64,000 nucleotides of DNA from Pocillopora damicornis (lineage: Eukaryota), in contig NW_020846227.1 in assembly GCF_003704095.1 (NCBI RefSeq), positions 62,001 to 126,000 on the forward strand, in the 5' to 3' direction. Numbering within the stretch: position 1 is the stretch's first letter; every line of letters starts with the position of its first letter. The notes under the pieces were generated by a model that was not told where the DNA came from, made no database searches, and was given only the letters and a program-made list of their open reading frames with translations. Positions 11,667-24,936 of this stretch are shown here, piece by piece. The position numbers and the translations under genes are program-made.

Positions 11667-14600
11667 TTAGCTTTCAGAAGCATCTAGAGGCGCCGTTTGC
11701 GCATTCAAAAATATTTCGTCTGTTCCACCACATAGAGTTAGAACAAAAAACACAATTCCGAAAAAAAGTAAGCACCATCTCAACACTGACGACGCGGCCA
11801 GAAGAAGACAAACGCAACTACTTGAAAGCACCCAAAAAACTAGCTCAAACTTGTAGAAAACTCTCACTGCTTCCTCCTCGTTGTTATCTACAATTACCGA
11901 CTCAACAACGGGAGTAAAATGTTTTTCATCTTGGCCGTAAAATTTTGATAGTCTTTCTTCTTTTTCACTCCATCGTTTGCTGCACCAATGGTCGAGACCT
12001 TGCGAATCAACCGGCAGTTCATCGATGGAAAATCTCTGAATGTGAAAGTGAATTTCATCTGGTATCTTTCCTTTCATTATATCTAGTTCCTCGAAGCAAT
12101 AATTTTCAGAATAACCCACTGTCACATCGTAAATAGCATCTATTTTATTCCCTTGTCGAAGTTTTTCTACGCAGTGAGTGAATCCACGCACGCGAGGATG
12201 CAAAACATAGTCGTAAAGCGGAAGGTCATTCTTCTTGGCATAATTATCACTCCAGGTTTTTGTTATCTCTTCGAAGTTAGTACCCTCGGGAAACATAAGA
12301 AGATGTAATTTATCTGGTGAACTCACAAAATATCTGAGTAACGAATTCAGGTAGCCCTCGTCCTTCTCCCAGCGTCGATACAAGAAAATATAGAGCGCAT
12401 TCTGCATGGCCCACCCTGAAAATAAGTAGAAACGTTTTAGATACGAGGGATCAAGGGAGCTACGTCACGACTTGCCCATGCACACTGAGAACAGAGAGAC
12501 TATTGCCACCAACAAGCTGTTAGTAGCCTTTGCCGTCGAGTTTCATACCATCTGTTCAAACCTGGAATGATGCGAACACTAAAAGGTCTGAGATGTAACT
12601 CGCATCGAGCTCATTTATTGGTTTCCGGTGATCGTGATGTACTGGACTATTGTATTTCTTTTCAGAATAACTACGAATAAAGGTATTATGTTTGTGTGTT
12701 CTGTTGATTTGCTAATAATGCAGACCTTGTTTTCAACGAGAGAAGCCCTGAAATGTATCTTTGAAACTCACAGGAAACAACTGGAACAAAAATCATCCTA
12801 CATGACAGTAGGTAACCAAACATTTGACTTCAGTTTAACAGCCGCGCGCTCTGCTTCTTGTCGTTTACTACGGAGAACAATAGCGATTTGACAGCGATAA
12901 GAGTCAAACTCACAGCGTTACATAGCCCCTTTAATACTCAGTGTACTCCTCTTTCCCTCCCTTTTCCTATATTTACCCGCGTGCATCTCTCTTGCAAAAG
13001 AAAAACAAATGGGAACGAGTTACTGGCAAAGGCTTATAAGAGTTCTAGTAATCACGACATTTATTTACTACTCGCCTGGGCCAGGAATATATTTCAATTC
13101 TCTTTTCATCAGGATCTTCTCATTTCTCAACGCTAACTCGCTAGATCGCGCCATCACGCACCAAAAGAACATCCAATCCAAACGGCATCTGTGGTTCATG
13201 ATGATTATGGAATTCTCGTACCTCGCTGGTTTTTCACCAGTCAAAATAATTTTCACGTCTAACATATACTCTGTGTGTTGAGAAAGTAGACAATATTTCA
13301 GCTGATATTGTTTGTGGGTAAAGTCTGTGCTCGAGCCAAGTGGCCCATCCAGGCGGAGATTACCCCGGTTTCCATCGCATGAAGCGACTAGGAGTGTGGA
13401 GGAATATTTGGCCCAGTTTCCCAAAGACACTGTAGATTCGCAAGTTGAATCAACAAGGGATTTATTGTTGCGTAAAAACCTCCTAACCATGTCACGGCGA
13501 TGCCCACTAAACTCGCGTCCGGACAACGACTTTTTGAATCACGTGATTCGAAATTCCGGCGAGAAATTAGTATAATTAATAACTTAATAACGAAACGAAA
13601 ATAAAAGTCACAAATTCTTAAAAGCTGTTACGTGCAAGTCACGCAGTCACACAACGTTCTCCACAGGTCACAGTGTGGTTCTAACTCCCCCCTGGATAGG
13701 ATGTTGGTGCATCTCAAGGTCATAATTACCCCCCAGCATTTCACTAGACTTCTCTCGAAATTCCCCAGTCCCCTTTCATACTCCTGGGTGGAGAGAGACA
13801 TTGTGAAAGTAATGAATTTTTTCTAAGAGCACAACACAATCTCCTGGCCAGGCGTAGAACCCAGACCACTCGACCCGCAATAGCCATTGGGTCACCTCGT
13901 CTCTCACGATATCTTAATTAACCCCTTAACTCCCAGAAGTGATTAACATGTAACTTCTCCCCACAATATCTAAACATCATCCAGCAAACAGGTCATGAGA
14001 ATATTCAAACTTATCAGGTAGAAGTTGTTATCTTGATCTAGCACCAAATTCTTGTAACTTAATTACAAGGAAACGTGTAGCAGCCAGAGGGGAGAATTAG
14101 CAATCAGATCTTGGGAGTTAAAGGGTTAAGGTTGTATCGATTCACCGTGTTGTATACAATGAGATGCAGCATCATGTGCTTACTTCGCACGCTGGAAGTG
14201 GCTACATCGTGACACAAAAGAGATCACCTTTTTTCCAGTATTTCAGCTTCCATATTACAAGCGGGAATTCGATGTGCAGAGTTGTCAGACATCCAAAGTT
14301 AAAGTTAAAAACAAATATAAAAGACAAACAACTTACCCAGCATTACCTTGGTAATTCGATGTGACATCCATCGAGATACATAAAAAAAAACAACAAAAAA
14401 AAAGAAATTTATAAAGTTAAAACTTTAAAAATATTTTACCCGCGACTGTGCGACCTTAAGCTCGAAGAATAGTCACTCCAGGCCTGTGTCACTCCCAAAT
14501 TTGGCACGTATTACTCTTGCGTGATTTTAAACGGGACAACGAATTTTGCGACTGGAGTGAATGTTGTTTGGGCTTGAATATTAATGTAAGGTCGATACTA

Positions 14601-15341
14601 GCATCCCGGCAGGCCGGGCTGGCTCGGGCTAGCTCGGGCTGGCTCGGGCTAGCTCGATTGTCATATAATAACGAAGATGCCGGATTTTCGTTGCGTTCAG
14701 CAACAGTGTCATGATCACGGTAAAAACCGGGCCAGCTCGGCTAACTGGGCTTGCCCGGCTCATGTATTCAAGCCCTTAGTCTGTACTAAGATTGATCGTG
14801 AGACAAATATATCGTGACGACATGATTTCCGCCGAGCTTCGCAACCCACTGGGAATATAAACACACTGTAAGATTTTACGCCGTTAACTAACGGCATAAA
14901 TTCTCCCAGTCGGTATAAATACATACTGAGAGATTTTACGCCGTTAGTTAACGGCCTAAAATCTTAAAGTATGTTTATATATCGACGCAGATAGTTAGTC
15001 ACGTATTACGCCGTTATCTAGTTAATTCCTGCATCCCACTCGATCTTTCAGTTTCTATGCATATTAAAACACCAAAACCACACCAAACTGGGAAATCAAA
15101 CCGTTTCTATGAAATGACACGTTTGAATTCTACAACAGTAACGTAAAGAGATGTCATAGAGGCTTACCACAGGCAAACCGAGCCAAACGGTGACTAAACT
15201 GTCGTTGATGAAACGAAACCATCTTGGTTTGAGCCACGATAGTATCAGTGTAGGACCCAAAAAAAGCGGTGTGAAGATCATAGAAGTAACAGCAAGTATT
15301 AGAACAAACAGGAAGCCCTTGATTGATCGAATCGCTACCAT
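11667..15341 (-). CDS. LCLAT1: Lysocardiolipin acyltransferase 1-like, copy B; exons 15341-15168, 14346-14337 (10-nt microexon), 13270-13076, 12415-11667
   Basis: NHRCRLDW, FPEGT, YVLHPR motifs; microexon GTAATGCTGG gives LPV-VMLE-YMLDVK; the third intron needs a GC donor (CAG|GCGAGT at 13075). Confidence 0.85.
13660..13905 (-). mobile_element. tRNA-derived SINE-like repeat (degenerate)
   Basis: Minus strand has a B-box-like GGGTTCTACGCC followed by TGTGTTGTGCTCTTAG; similar heads at ~32040-32135 (-) and ~19160-19290 (-). Confidence 0.45.
13922..14125. mobile_element. piggyBac-like MITE (family A)
   Basis: TTAA at 13918-13921 and 14126-14129; TIR CCCCTTAACTCCCA / TGGGAGTTAAAGGG; homologous to 414-614. 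Confidence 0.8.
14570..14775. mobile_element. Small palindromic MITE (Harbinger-like termini)
   Basis: TIR GGGCTTGAATA / TATTCAAGCCC; internal GGCTAGCTCG-type repeats. Confidence 0.5.
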
Positions 15342-16249
15342 TTCAGTAGCGTTCACTTCTATTTCAGGTATGACAAGTTTGTCCTTTGCTCCGATTTGAC
15401 ATCAATGCCGAATCGAGCACAACGCATAAATTTTGACTGATTATGCAAATCAGAACCATGCTTTTACTCAACATTTGTCACGCAATCTACAGCATCGTCG
15501 AACTGCGTTAGCTTTTGGTTTCAATTTTCAGCAATCATCAAGTGTGACTTTTCACCAAAATATTGACTGCGGCAGGGCTATCAAAGTACCCAGTGACTGC
15601 GTAAAATGATTGAGAAGAGATCCGCTTGGCTAAATTACATTTGGCAATTTTTTTTTCCCCTTTCACTTCCTAAGACATCGTTCATCTCTTTAGTTGGCTG
15701 TAATTCCCTACTCTCATTTCCAAAATGTAATCGGTTTCGGCTAAATAATATTTTCTGATATTCCTGAATTATCTCAGTAGCGGCAGAACTTTAAGACTAC
15801 CGCGATCTAACCGCACAGCGGTGGTAGTATTAGTGTGAGTTACGAAAGCCCCGCTCTTTTGTAAAAACGATCTGCGATTGCTGTTAATCAAAATATCTAC
15901 ATACATTTTCAATTACCAGACAGAACCTCTCGTAACTTGTTCCTTAAGTTGCAAAATTCCTCGCTACGTCGCAATATAAAGATATCAAAACTTCTCTCTC
16001 AAACAAAGTGAGAAACGTTCGTATGAGCTCAACCATTTGAACTTCAAAACTTGTAACGTCACGTCAGCAAGGCAAGCTTCATAATTCGCAGTTGTCAGGC
16101 AAGCAGACGAACAACACTAGTAACAGTACTGTTACAGTAACAGATATCCCCGTGTACAATCCATTGCAAAACTGAAATCCATTCTTCTCAGGAAGAGAGA
16201 GAGTTTTGAATAGGAAAGAAAATCCACAAATCGTCTGAATCAAGTTCGA

Positions 16250-16650
16250 ACAGAGTGCGAGACTGGAGGCCAATCTTACTTAGAATGCGCACTTTCTGTG
16301 TGTGCCCTTTTGTTCGTTTTCTATGCACACCAAATAAAGCGCGAAACTTGAGGCAATCTTACACTTGACATGTGCGTTTCTATGCGTGCCGAGTAGAGCA
16401 CGAGTAGACTTGTGGTCAATCTAACTTTAACATGTGCGTTTTCTGAGCGCGCCGAATAGAGTGAGACAAATCATTCCTACTTGACATGTGAGTTTTCTGT
16501 GATAGCCGAACAGATTGCGAGACAATCTTACTAGACATGTGCCTTTTCTATGGGCGCCAAATAGAACACAAAACTTGAAGGCAATCATACTTGACATATG
16601 CGTTTCTGCACGTGCCGAATGGAGTGCGAGACGTCAGGTCAACCTAACTC
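16250..16650. repeat. Degenerate ~55-60 bp minisatellite, about 7 units
   Basis: Recurring CAATCTTACTTGACATGTGCGTTTTCT...GCCGAATAGAG unit. Confidence 0.8.
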
Positions 16651-19600
16651 GATGATGTTGGGCAAACAAAGACTCTGAAGAAAGGGTTCTATGTTACTTG
16701 GAATACACTAATGCTGAAATTATTCTTGTTCCAAACCAAGCTTTCGTTTTTGTATCCAAACAAAAATCGCTCGAAATCCTCTGCACTATTCATCGTATGA
16801 CCAAAGACGAGAGCCACTATCACTTTATTTAGTGTCATCAGTGACTACTTTTCGAAGTGTTGTTGATAGTTTCCTACCCAAAACCAAGTGAGCCAACAAA
16901 ATTGATTCANNNNNNNNNNNNNNNNNNNNNNNNNNGACCGAATTTATGACAAGAATTTGTGCTCCAGTCCCTAGAGCTAAGGTAATACATGGAAGACCTT
17001 ACCATCTAGAAAGCCAGCCTTAAGGAGAAAACTTAAAAAAGCGAGCGAAAAGAAGATTGGGCCAGTCTCTACCAGAAATCCCCAGATGAACTGCAGGCTA
17101 CCCAGTCGTGCTTTGCATTGGAGGGTAAATATTTCTCGTCCTCTTAAGGAGAATAATTTGCAATAATTTAATTTAGAAAGGCGCATTTTTTTGACTTGTT
17201 TTCGAGCCCAGCTTGATATGCGTGAAGAAAGCTATCAGTTTCACACAGAACTCGGATATGAGGAAAACAGATGGATAAATTCCCTTTTAAATCAACTGTG
17301 ACTAAGGAAGATAACACCTTGAGGTGGTGCCAGAAAACGGCGAGAAACTTTACGCGTAGAATATAAGCTGATGACGTCGTTTCCTCTTCCGCTCCATTTG
17401 CGCTAATCTAGTTTAGCAAATGAACGTCTTTCTAAAACTAACGCTCGCATAAGTGTTTGCTTTAAACACAACAAAAGAGGGATATGTTTGCGCCACATCG
17501 AGAGAAATCGAACTTTCGCTTAGATCAATAATTTTCTCTCTACAGATATATTTTGTGGGCACTCGCCGAGGAAGCGATAACTTTCCTGTTCGTGGAACGG
17601 GAACGCTGTCACTAGGATTCAGTTATGGATAAAGCGTTACTTGGGGACAGAGAGTTAAACATCGTTTACTTTGAAAAAATGGAATGCACTGCGTCTAAAA
17701 TTGAAACATCTATCTGTGGCAGTTAAAAAAATTGAGAGGCAATTTCTAAGATCAAATGAAATGAAGAGATTTGTGGAGACAACTCCTCGAACAATAAGAT
17801 ATGATGGCAATAGTAATTCTGAAGATATGGTCGCGGTGATGCTTGTAAAAAAGCAGAAAATTGATACTAAGAAATTTTCAAGCAGCGCACACTCTTCTGG
17901 CGTCCTGGTAAGTTCCATACTCGTATTGACAAAAAATATACGAAGAGGATTGCCCGCAAATAACTGACGGGATTCTCATTATATCTAAACAACTCAAGCC
18001 AGTTCTAGAAGAGGAACGATATGAATTGCTGTTGCGTTGAAAAGCCAGCAGAATCCCGATATCGTAGGGTGCTAAAAAAAACCACATCGTTGGTAGAGTT
18101 CTTTTAGGCTCCCAATTTATTTCTTTACTGGCTATCACACTCTTCACCTATTCAAACTTTTGTCAACTTTGGAGAATATTACTACATAAGCTTTTCCTAA
18201 TATTTACATTGTCTCTCCCTTGAAAGCTTATTTCGATTACATTACCAAGCAATTTATTACAAAAATAAAATATAAAAATATTAAATAAAATTTTCATCGT
18301 AAGACCTTTTTGTTGGAAAAATTCCTGTTCAATCTCATGGCGACCCGACCAATTTTTGACGTGTGATTGTCGGTTAGTACAACGTGAATCGGTTGAGAGG
18401 ATCTCAATCATCGTGCATCTGTGAGACTGTCTTTTGAATGATGATTTGATCAGTTTGAGTTAGTAGCCGCATGGTAAGGCTAGAATCTAGTCTGAATCTC
18501 TCAGCTCGAAAGCGTGAACGGCTTTAGAGCCGCGCGAGGGCATGGGACAGAGGAAGGGGAAACACACCCGCGTTAATGATACTGTCCGCGAACTCTTAAC
18601 TAGGATTGCCTTACAGGTTTCTTCTCATTAATGTCGGAGTTGGATTCGTTATTAGAAGCGCTGAGTGATGCGATCCGCGGAAGCAGAATAGTGATGTTTG
18701 TTACTCTGATCCATCGCTTGCAACCCATTATATCTAAATTGTTTGAGTTATAAGCTATCAAGGATAGCTTGAGAACTCTAGTTTCTGCTAGATCATAAGC
18801 CTTGGTGTCATAATCAGAATCGGAAAAAATTGCACCGTTCTGATTTTTCCGACTCAGATTCCGTCGAGCTTTTGAGTCCGCTTTCTATTTTCACCGGGTC
18901 GGAGGTAGCTCACTAGTACCGAGATCTTCCACGGCCAAGCGATTGAAAGGTCTAAGTTCAATTACAATCACATGATAGGATCTGGGAACGAGATTAGGTC
19001 AGAAGCGCTCTAACGACTTCGTCTATAATTCCGACCCCGTCTCCGTTGTCAGTGGATCCAGCCTAACGGCTGTGGAGACATTAATCATACAATGAATATA
19101 ACGAATGGTTTTTTCGGCTGAAGGTGGCACTGTGAGAGGAAAACACCTTCTCCAGGCATGAAAAATTATGACTCGACCAGCTGTCAAGCCCAGACCTTAC
19201 TAGCCCACAGTCCCCCGCCCTTACAACCCGGCCATCCCCACCGCGTCTCCCAGTGAGTGATAATCATTGAGGTGTCTTTCCCAAGAACACAACATATACA
19301 ACTTCTTTCCCAGGGTTTCCCGGCTAATCCCTTAAAATTGTGAAAGAGCACATATTTCAGATTTTTTATCTATCCAGGATGTTGTGATTGCTAGAGTGCT
19401 TTTAGTTCCGGTTTCATCACGGAGTTGCGTCTTTGGAGCCGTAAATCCGGAATTTAAAACAAGAACATTTTATCTGAATACATTACACACTTACAATCAG
19501 CTATAGTTTTAGAAAACGTTCAACTATTAGGCAAGAGTCTTAATTTGGGCAAAAATCAAACTCATGACACCGATGTCAGTTGAATTGCTCATAATTATTG

Positions 19601-22600
19601 TATTATTGATATTGTACACGTTGGAGGAAAGTGAGACGCGATAGGAACTTTTAAACACTGTTTTGACAACGCAAGACACGAGGCATATTGGAGACAAAAC
19701 AGCGCCTCGTTGGAGTAAATTTCTATTTATCTGCTGTTACCTTCAGCAAATGGCTTTTCTCAGGAGATAGGAGACTGGCTTCTTGTTTCAGTCAAGTTTT
19801 TATTGTGCGTTTGACCGGATCAAAAGCTTCCACCTTACGAGAGGTGAAATACAGTGTGCACACATACGCTTGTTGTCGCGGTAGTCTGCGCACGGTGTGA
19901 AAATGAAAGATCTAGGTCAAGTGTTAAAACAAGTTGGACGAGGGAGAGACGTGATGATGCTCGCCATATGAGCACTGGAATGCGGAAATTTCACTCAAAT
20001 AAAATACGTTTACATGAAAAAACTTACCCGAGATCCTTCTAGAGAACTTAACCTCAACTGAATTTTTGTCAAGCGGACAGTGGGTGTCTCTTTCAACCTT
20101 TCTAATCGCGAGATATGCACCTTAGTTCCACATTACAAAACAAATTGATAAACAACAACTGTAACATTTTTTTTTTCGACTTTGTGCGCTAAAATAGTTG
20201 CCAGCTGCGGTAATAACCGTACGTGAAAAAAAGTTTTGAGGGACAATTTCGAGTAGTCGCTTACCTAAGAAGTTTGTTTGAGCGTCAGAGTTCATTCTTT
20301 CACCAGCTTTTCCAAGAATTGGTTGCGCAAGAATCTTGAATTAAAGTTGCTAGGTGCCTTCGGCCCAAACAATAAATATTTTCCTTGTCATAGTTTCGCT
20401 TGGATGCATTTTCTATTGTAGCAACTAAAGTATCGTCGAAGCTTCATTGCTCTCCAAGTAGATTCACCACTTTGTTGCCACATGGATTAGAACACTAACC
20501 TCGTTTATCATCTTTCATATCAATTTTTTGTTCTTAATTTCGAATTTTTCAATCAGTTTCAATTTCCTGCCCTTACTGTACGGATTTAACTGACAGGCTC
20601 TCCGCCAATAAAAATAAAGCATGCATGTCAGTTGCTGCCTCATCCAGCGTAAACAAATAAGGCATTGATGTTCGCCCCCCTTATTGTGTGTATTAAAGTA
20701 ATTCGCGCCCACGAAAAACACTTTAGCTTACATAAACAAAACAAACGAGACATGTAATAGTTAATGTAATGGATATTGCAATTGATCGAATGCCATTTCA
20801 AACAGCTAAGGACATGTCCTTTGAAGGAAAACATGGTGCAGTGGTCAAGTTGAGCAACACTCGAGTGAATATCTTTTCGACTTCTTACAATAATGCGAAC
20901 AATTTTGTTTACTTTAATTTGATTAGGAAACTGATCGATTCCAATAATCATAAAATGTAAACAAAATCAGACAAAAGACGTCACTTGTTGGATAAGACAC
21001 CGTCGATCAGAGCACAAAGTCTATAAGGAAATTACTTCGCAGTAAAAATTCCATTTCGCAACGAGAAAGGTTCGAACACTTCTATAGTGCGAAGCAAGCT
21101 TGAAAAAATTCAGGCAAAGCAGGAGGAACAAAAAACGTGAGTACAATCATTTTGCATCCTTATTTTAAATTGAATTCTTAGTGATTGTGCAAAAAAATTA
21201 TATCTCGTTTTCACAGAAGAATTGTAGAGTAAGCAAATAGTTCCATAAACCATCGTTATGATTCCACCGCCGGCAGAGAGTATCAATTCAAACGTTTGAA
21301 AAAGTAAGAGATTGTTTCATACGCGTACTGAAAGAGACGACGTAATCTAAAACGGCTTCTGATAACCTAATGATGGTACAAAGCGCGGTTGTTCGACATG
21401 TGTGCTTCACCTATGGCGATTAGTTTCGAGTGGTCCCCATTATCGACCTCGTCAGTCTTAATCAAGTTCGCCAGAAAATGATGATGAAATTTCGAGCCCA
21501 ATGAAAGAAAATTTCATTTCCAAACGATAGCGGGAAAGTACTCTCTAATACAGCGGAACTTTGATCTTTTAATGATAAGTCACACGGGGGTGTGACTCGG
21601 GTTTAATGACATTTCTCGTGAGTTCTTTAAATAGAAAAAATACCATAGAGTTTGAGGGGTGAACCATAAGATACACGGGTGTTAAAAGGTGGGCGTTTGT
21701 TTGATTTTGGCATCACTGCACTTTCGAAAGCGATGTGAACGACGAATTGACAGTAAAAACGTACTTACTCACGAGGCGATTTCAGTAACAGCTTGAGGAA
21801 GTAAGTTTTTCGTTTCTCAAGGGAATAGGATTGTATCAACGTCAAAAAGCTTCCTGACTGACGGAACCTTGGGGCGATTACAAAAAACATAGAAAATTTC
21901 GAAAGCATAAGTGCGACAGAGAATCTCCAATTACTGTTAGCCTTGATATCAAACAGAATGAAGTCGGGTAGGTTCCATTTAGCACCGACACTTTCANNNN
22001 NNNNNNNNNNNNNNNNNNNNNNNNNNNNNNNNNNNNNNNNNNNNNNNNNNNNNNNNNNNNNNNNNNNNNNNNNNNNNNNNNNNNNNNNNNNNNNNNNNNN
22101 NNNNNNNNNNNNNNNNNNNNNNNNNNNNNNNNNNNNNNNNNNNNNNNNNNNNNNNNNNNNNNNNNNNNNNNNNNGGAAAACAAGATATTACGTCAGCTAG
22201 TTGGAGTTAAAAATGATCAGAGCGGAAAGGAGTGTCTCCTTCTTCAATGCTATGGCCCACTTTGGTTTCGCTTGTTTCGGCAGCCCCCATTTTTCTCAAT
22301 CCTTTACAGTTACGCCCACGGCCCAGAAGTCTAAAAAAAAATTAAATGCTAAAAAGTACCACATAAGGAGTAACCCTCAAAAACTTGCACTTGCACTACT
22401 ACCAACTGCATGCCTTATCTCTATTTTTTATAATATTGTGTCTCCGTATATGCAAACATTTCTCCACGAATTTTGCAGTTGGAATTGGGATAAGCCCGGC
22501 AAACCTTAGCAAAGCAGAACCACCAACAAAATGCGTTACCGAATCAATGAAACGTAATGGCAGAATAGGTATAGTCTGTTTAACGAAGTTTTTCACCTTG

Positions 22601-23697
22601 AGTAAAATGCTTAATTATATGTGGTTTTTACCGCTAAAGGATCTGAGGATTCTTTTCAAAATACAAATGAAATCTAGGTCGCTTTACGCTGTGATCATTA
22701 CGTGATAATGGAACAGGTAACCAGCGGATGTACAGAGCCTTAAACAAACACTGCTTACAAGATTTCATTTGTCGCATCCAAGTGTGTTCATTACGTCAAT
22801 CTACGAAGGAATGATCATAATCTTTTTAATCCACCTTTTCATTTGAATATTTCAATTTGAGAACTTCACTAATGGTCTTAGAACGCCCAGTCTTTTAAAG
22901 GGCGGATAACGCTATCCAGCGGATAAATCGCTATCCAGCGGGCAGGTGTTAGCAAAACCTACTGTGCTTTCCACCTGATACCAACTAAGCGGGTATAGCT
23001 GTGCACCCTTCGAACATCCGCGACAAGGACTAAACAGTCCTCCTAGGTAGAGAATTCTAAAGGGCTCCATCGAAGAAGAGTTTGTCCTTCTGTGTTTTGT
23101 GAAGGAATTTTGTGCAGTATATTGTAAATTCTCTACTGATGTTCACGCATTGATCAGTTTAGGCAAATATGTAAAGAGTTTTAAGGGAAAGTTGAAAGAA
23201 ATTTCCGGTGGTCTAAATTATGCAACTGAACGCAATTTAATGATTTATAGTAAGCATCGCCGTAAGTTCAATGTGACAATGGAAAGTTCAGATTCTTTCT
23301 CCAACGAAAAAAGAGAACTAAAAAAATTGAATTCTAGCATAAGTTACTCCCAGTCAAGGAGTGCTCCACCTTCATTCTTCGGCACATTTTACTCAAAGAA
23401 AGGGCTGTTCTTGGCACGCGGTGAAGTGATCTTCTATAGNNNNNNNNNNNNNNNNNNNNNNNNNNNNNNNNNNNNNNNNNNNNNNNNNNNNNNNNNNNNN
23501 NNNNNNNNNNNNNNNNNNNNNNNNNNNNNNNNNNNNNNNGCTACTAAAGGCGATTTGGCAAAGTAACGATGTAATCTCTCTGCCATGTCGATCGGATTTT
23601 ACTAAAAGACTTTAAATGGCGCGATGTTGTTCAAGATTTAGATATTATTTTGACACAAGAGGTTAATGATTTGTATTGATCTCCTTTTTTCAAACAG

Positions 23698-24936
23698 TTG
23701 TGGCGACAAAGACACCAGTGAAGACCTCGATAACACTTTGTCCTACTCTTGCGCAAATGACAGTATCAAAGAAAGGTTCTCCATTCGGGCCTTTAGGTAC
23801 TATGGAGCTGAGGCAGGTGCCGAAGTTTACTTCCACTGTGTTCTAAGGGTTTGTCTGGCAGACAAGACCCCTTCAGCGTGCGAGTGCCCTTCCGAAAGTC
23901 GGTGTTCTAGTTCCAGGAAAAAGAGGTCAACAGTGGATGAAACGAAAGTGTATCACGTGTCTACCGGGCCTTTTATTTTGGAGAACGACGAGGAAGAGAA
24001 AGAAAGTAAGAGGCATTCATTTTTGTGATCGTTAATTGATTGGTTGCAAAGCTACACGTAGAATGCATTGAGATCCCTTTTAAGGGGCAAGGTCACGTCG
24101 ATCCCAGATCCTACCTGAATTATGCTCTACCACCTGGGCTATCGAGGACTATTCGGCAAGTCTTTCTTTTTTCGTGGGTTTATATACGACGGGCGTCCAG
24201 AAAACTGTTAGGAGCAGCAATGTCGAAAGCACCCCAGGTGAAAACCTTTTCTTTTCAAGCTCGGTTGTTGAAAAGAAAAAGAACGAAAGAAAAAACAAAC
24301 CGGAAGTTTTTATTAAGCAGAGGTTACTCTACAATTAGGTATGAAAACTGTTAGGAGCAGCAATGTCGAAAGCATCCCAAGTGAAAACTTTTTCTTTTAA
24401 AGCTTGGTTGTTGAAAAGAAAAAGAACGATAGAAAAAATAAACGGGAAGTTTTTATTCAGCAGAGGTTGCTCTGCAATTTAGTGTTAAAATTCCAGAGCC
24501 ACTGTTGTCTCAAAGGCCAATCAAGGCGAAGGAAAATATATGTTACAAGCCGATCAAACTGAGTCAAAGTAAAAACGAGCAAATTGAGGAAAAGGGAACA
24601 AAATGCAAGTGGACTTGTTGTAGTTAGTTCTAGTTTTGAATCCGAAAGACACGAGTCTTTTAAAGCAATCACAGAGCAAAGTCAGAAGCAAAACTAACAC
24701 AATCCTGAATGACTTTCGAGATTTAATTGCAAATTGCTCTAATGTCGATTATGTGATTTCTCTTCTCAGCAGGATCAGGTGAAGAAAATGAGTCCAAGTC
24801 CCTCTCAAACGGTACAGTGATTACAGTAGCGATCAGCGGTGTTCTCGCCGTAGCAATTATCTGTCTCACGGCTTACCTGATACTGCGCAGCCGCAACAAG
24901 CGCAGCCAACGTGGCGACATCCACGTTGCTACATAA
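23698..24936 (+). CDS. 3' exons of a ZP-domain type I membrane protein (exons 23698-24005 and 24770/24773-24936); 5' exons not located
   Basis: ZP-C signature RFSIRAFRY...EVYFHCVLRVC, furin site RKKR, EHP-like VSTGPFIL, then a TM helix and basic cytoplasmic tail; assembly gaps lie immediately upstream. Confidence 0.8.
24200..24482. repeat. Intronic tandem duplication of ~143 bp
   Basis: GAAAACTGTTAGGAGCAGCAATGTCGAAAGCA... begins at ~24200 and again at ~24343. Confidence 0.85.

Noticed and set aside
16250-16650. Repeat array with variable intervening sequence, superficially CRISPR-like
   Set aside because: Whole units are mutually homologous and degenerate, there are no cas genes, and the context is eukaryotic: an ordinary minisatellite.
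17540-18420. Several overlapping 80-100 aa ORFs, possibly a decayed coding sequence
   Set aside because: No recognisable motif in any frame and frequent stops; would need tBLASTx to assess.
20769-21800. Exon-like stretches with splice-like signals (~21137, ~21216, ~21801)
   Set aside because: Internal stops and no identifiable homology; cannot be linked to the ZP gene.
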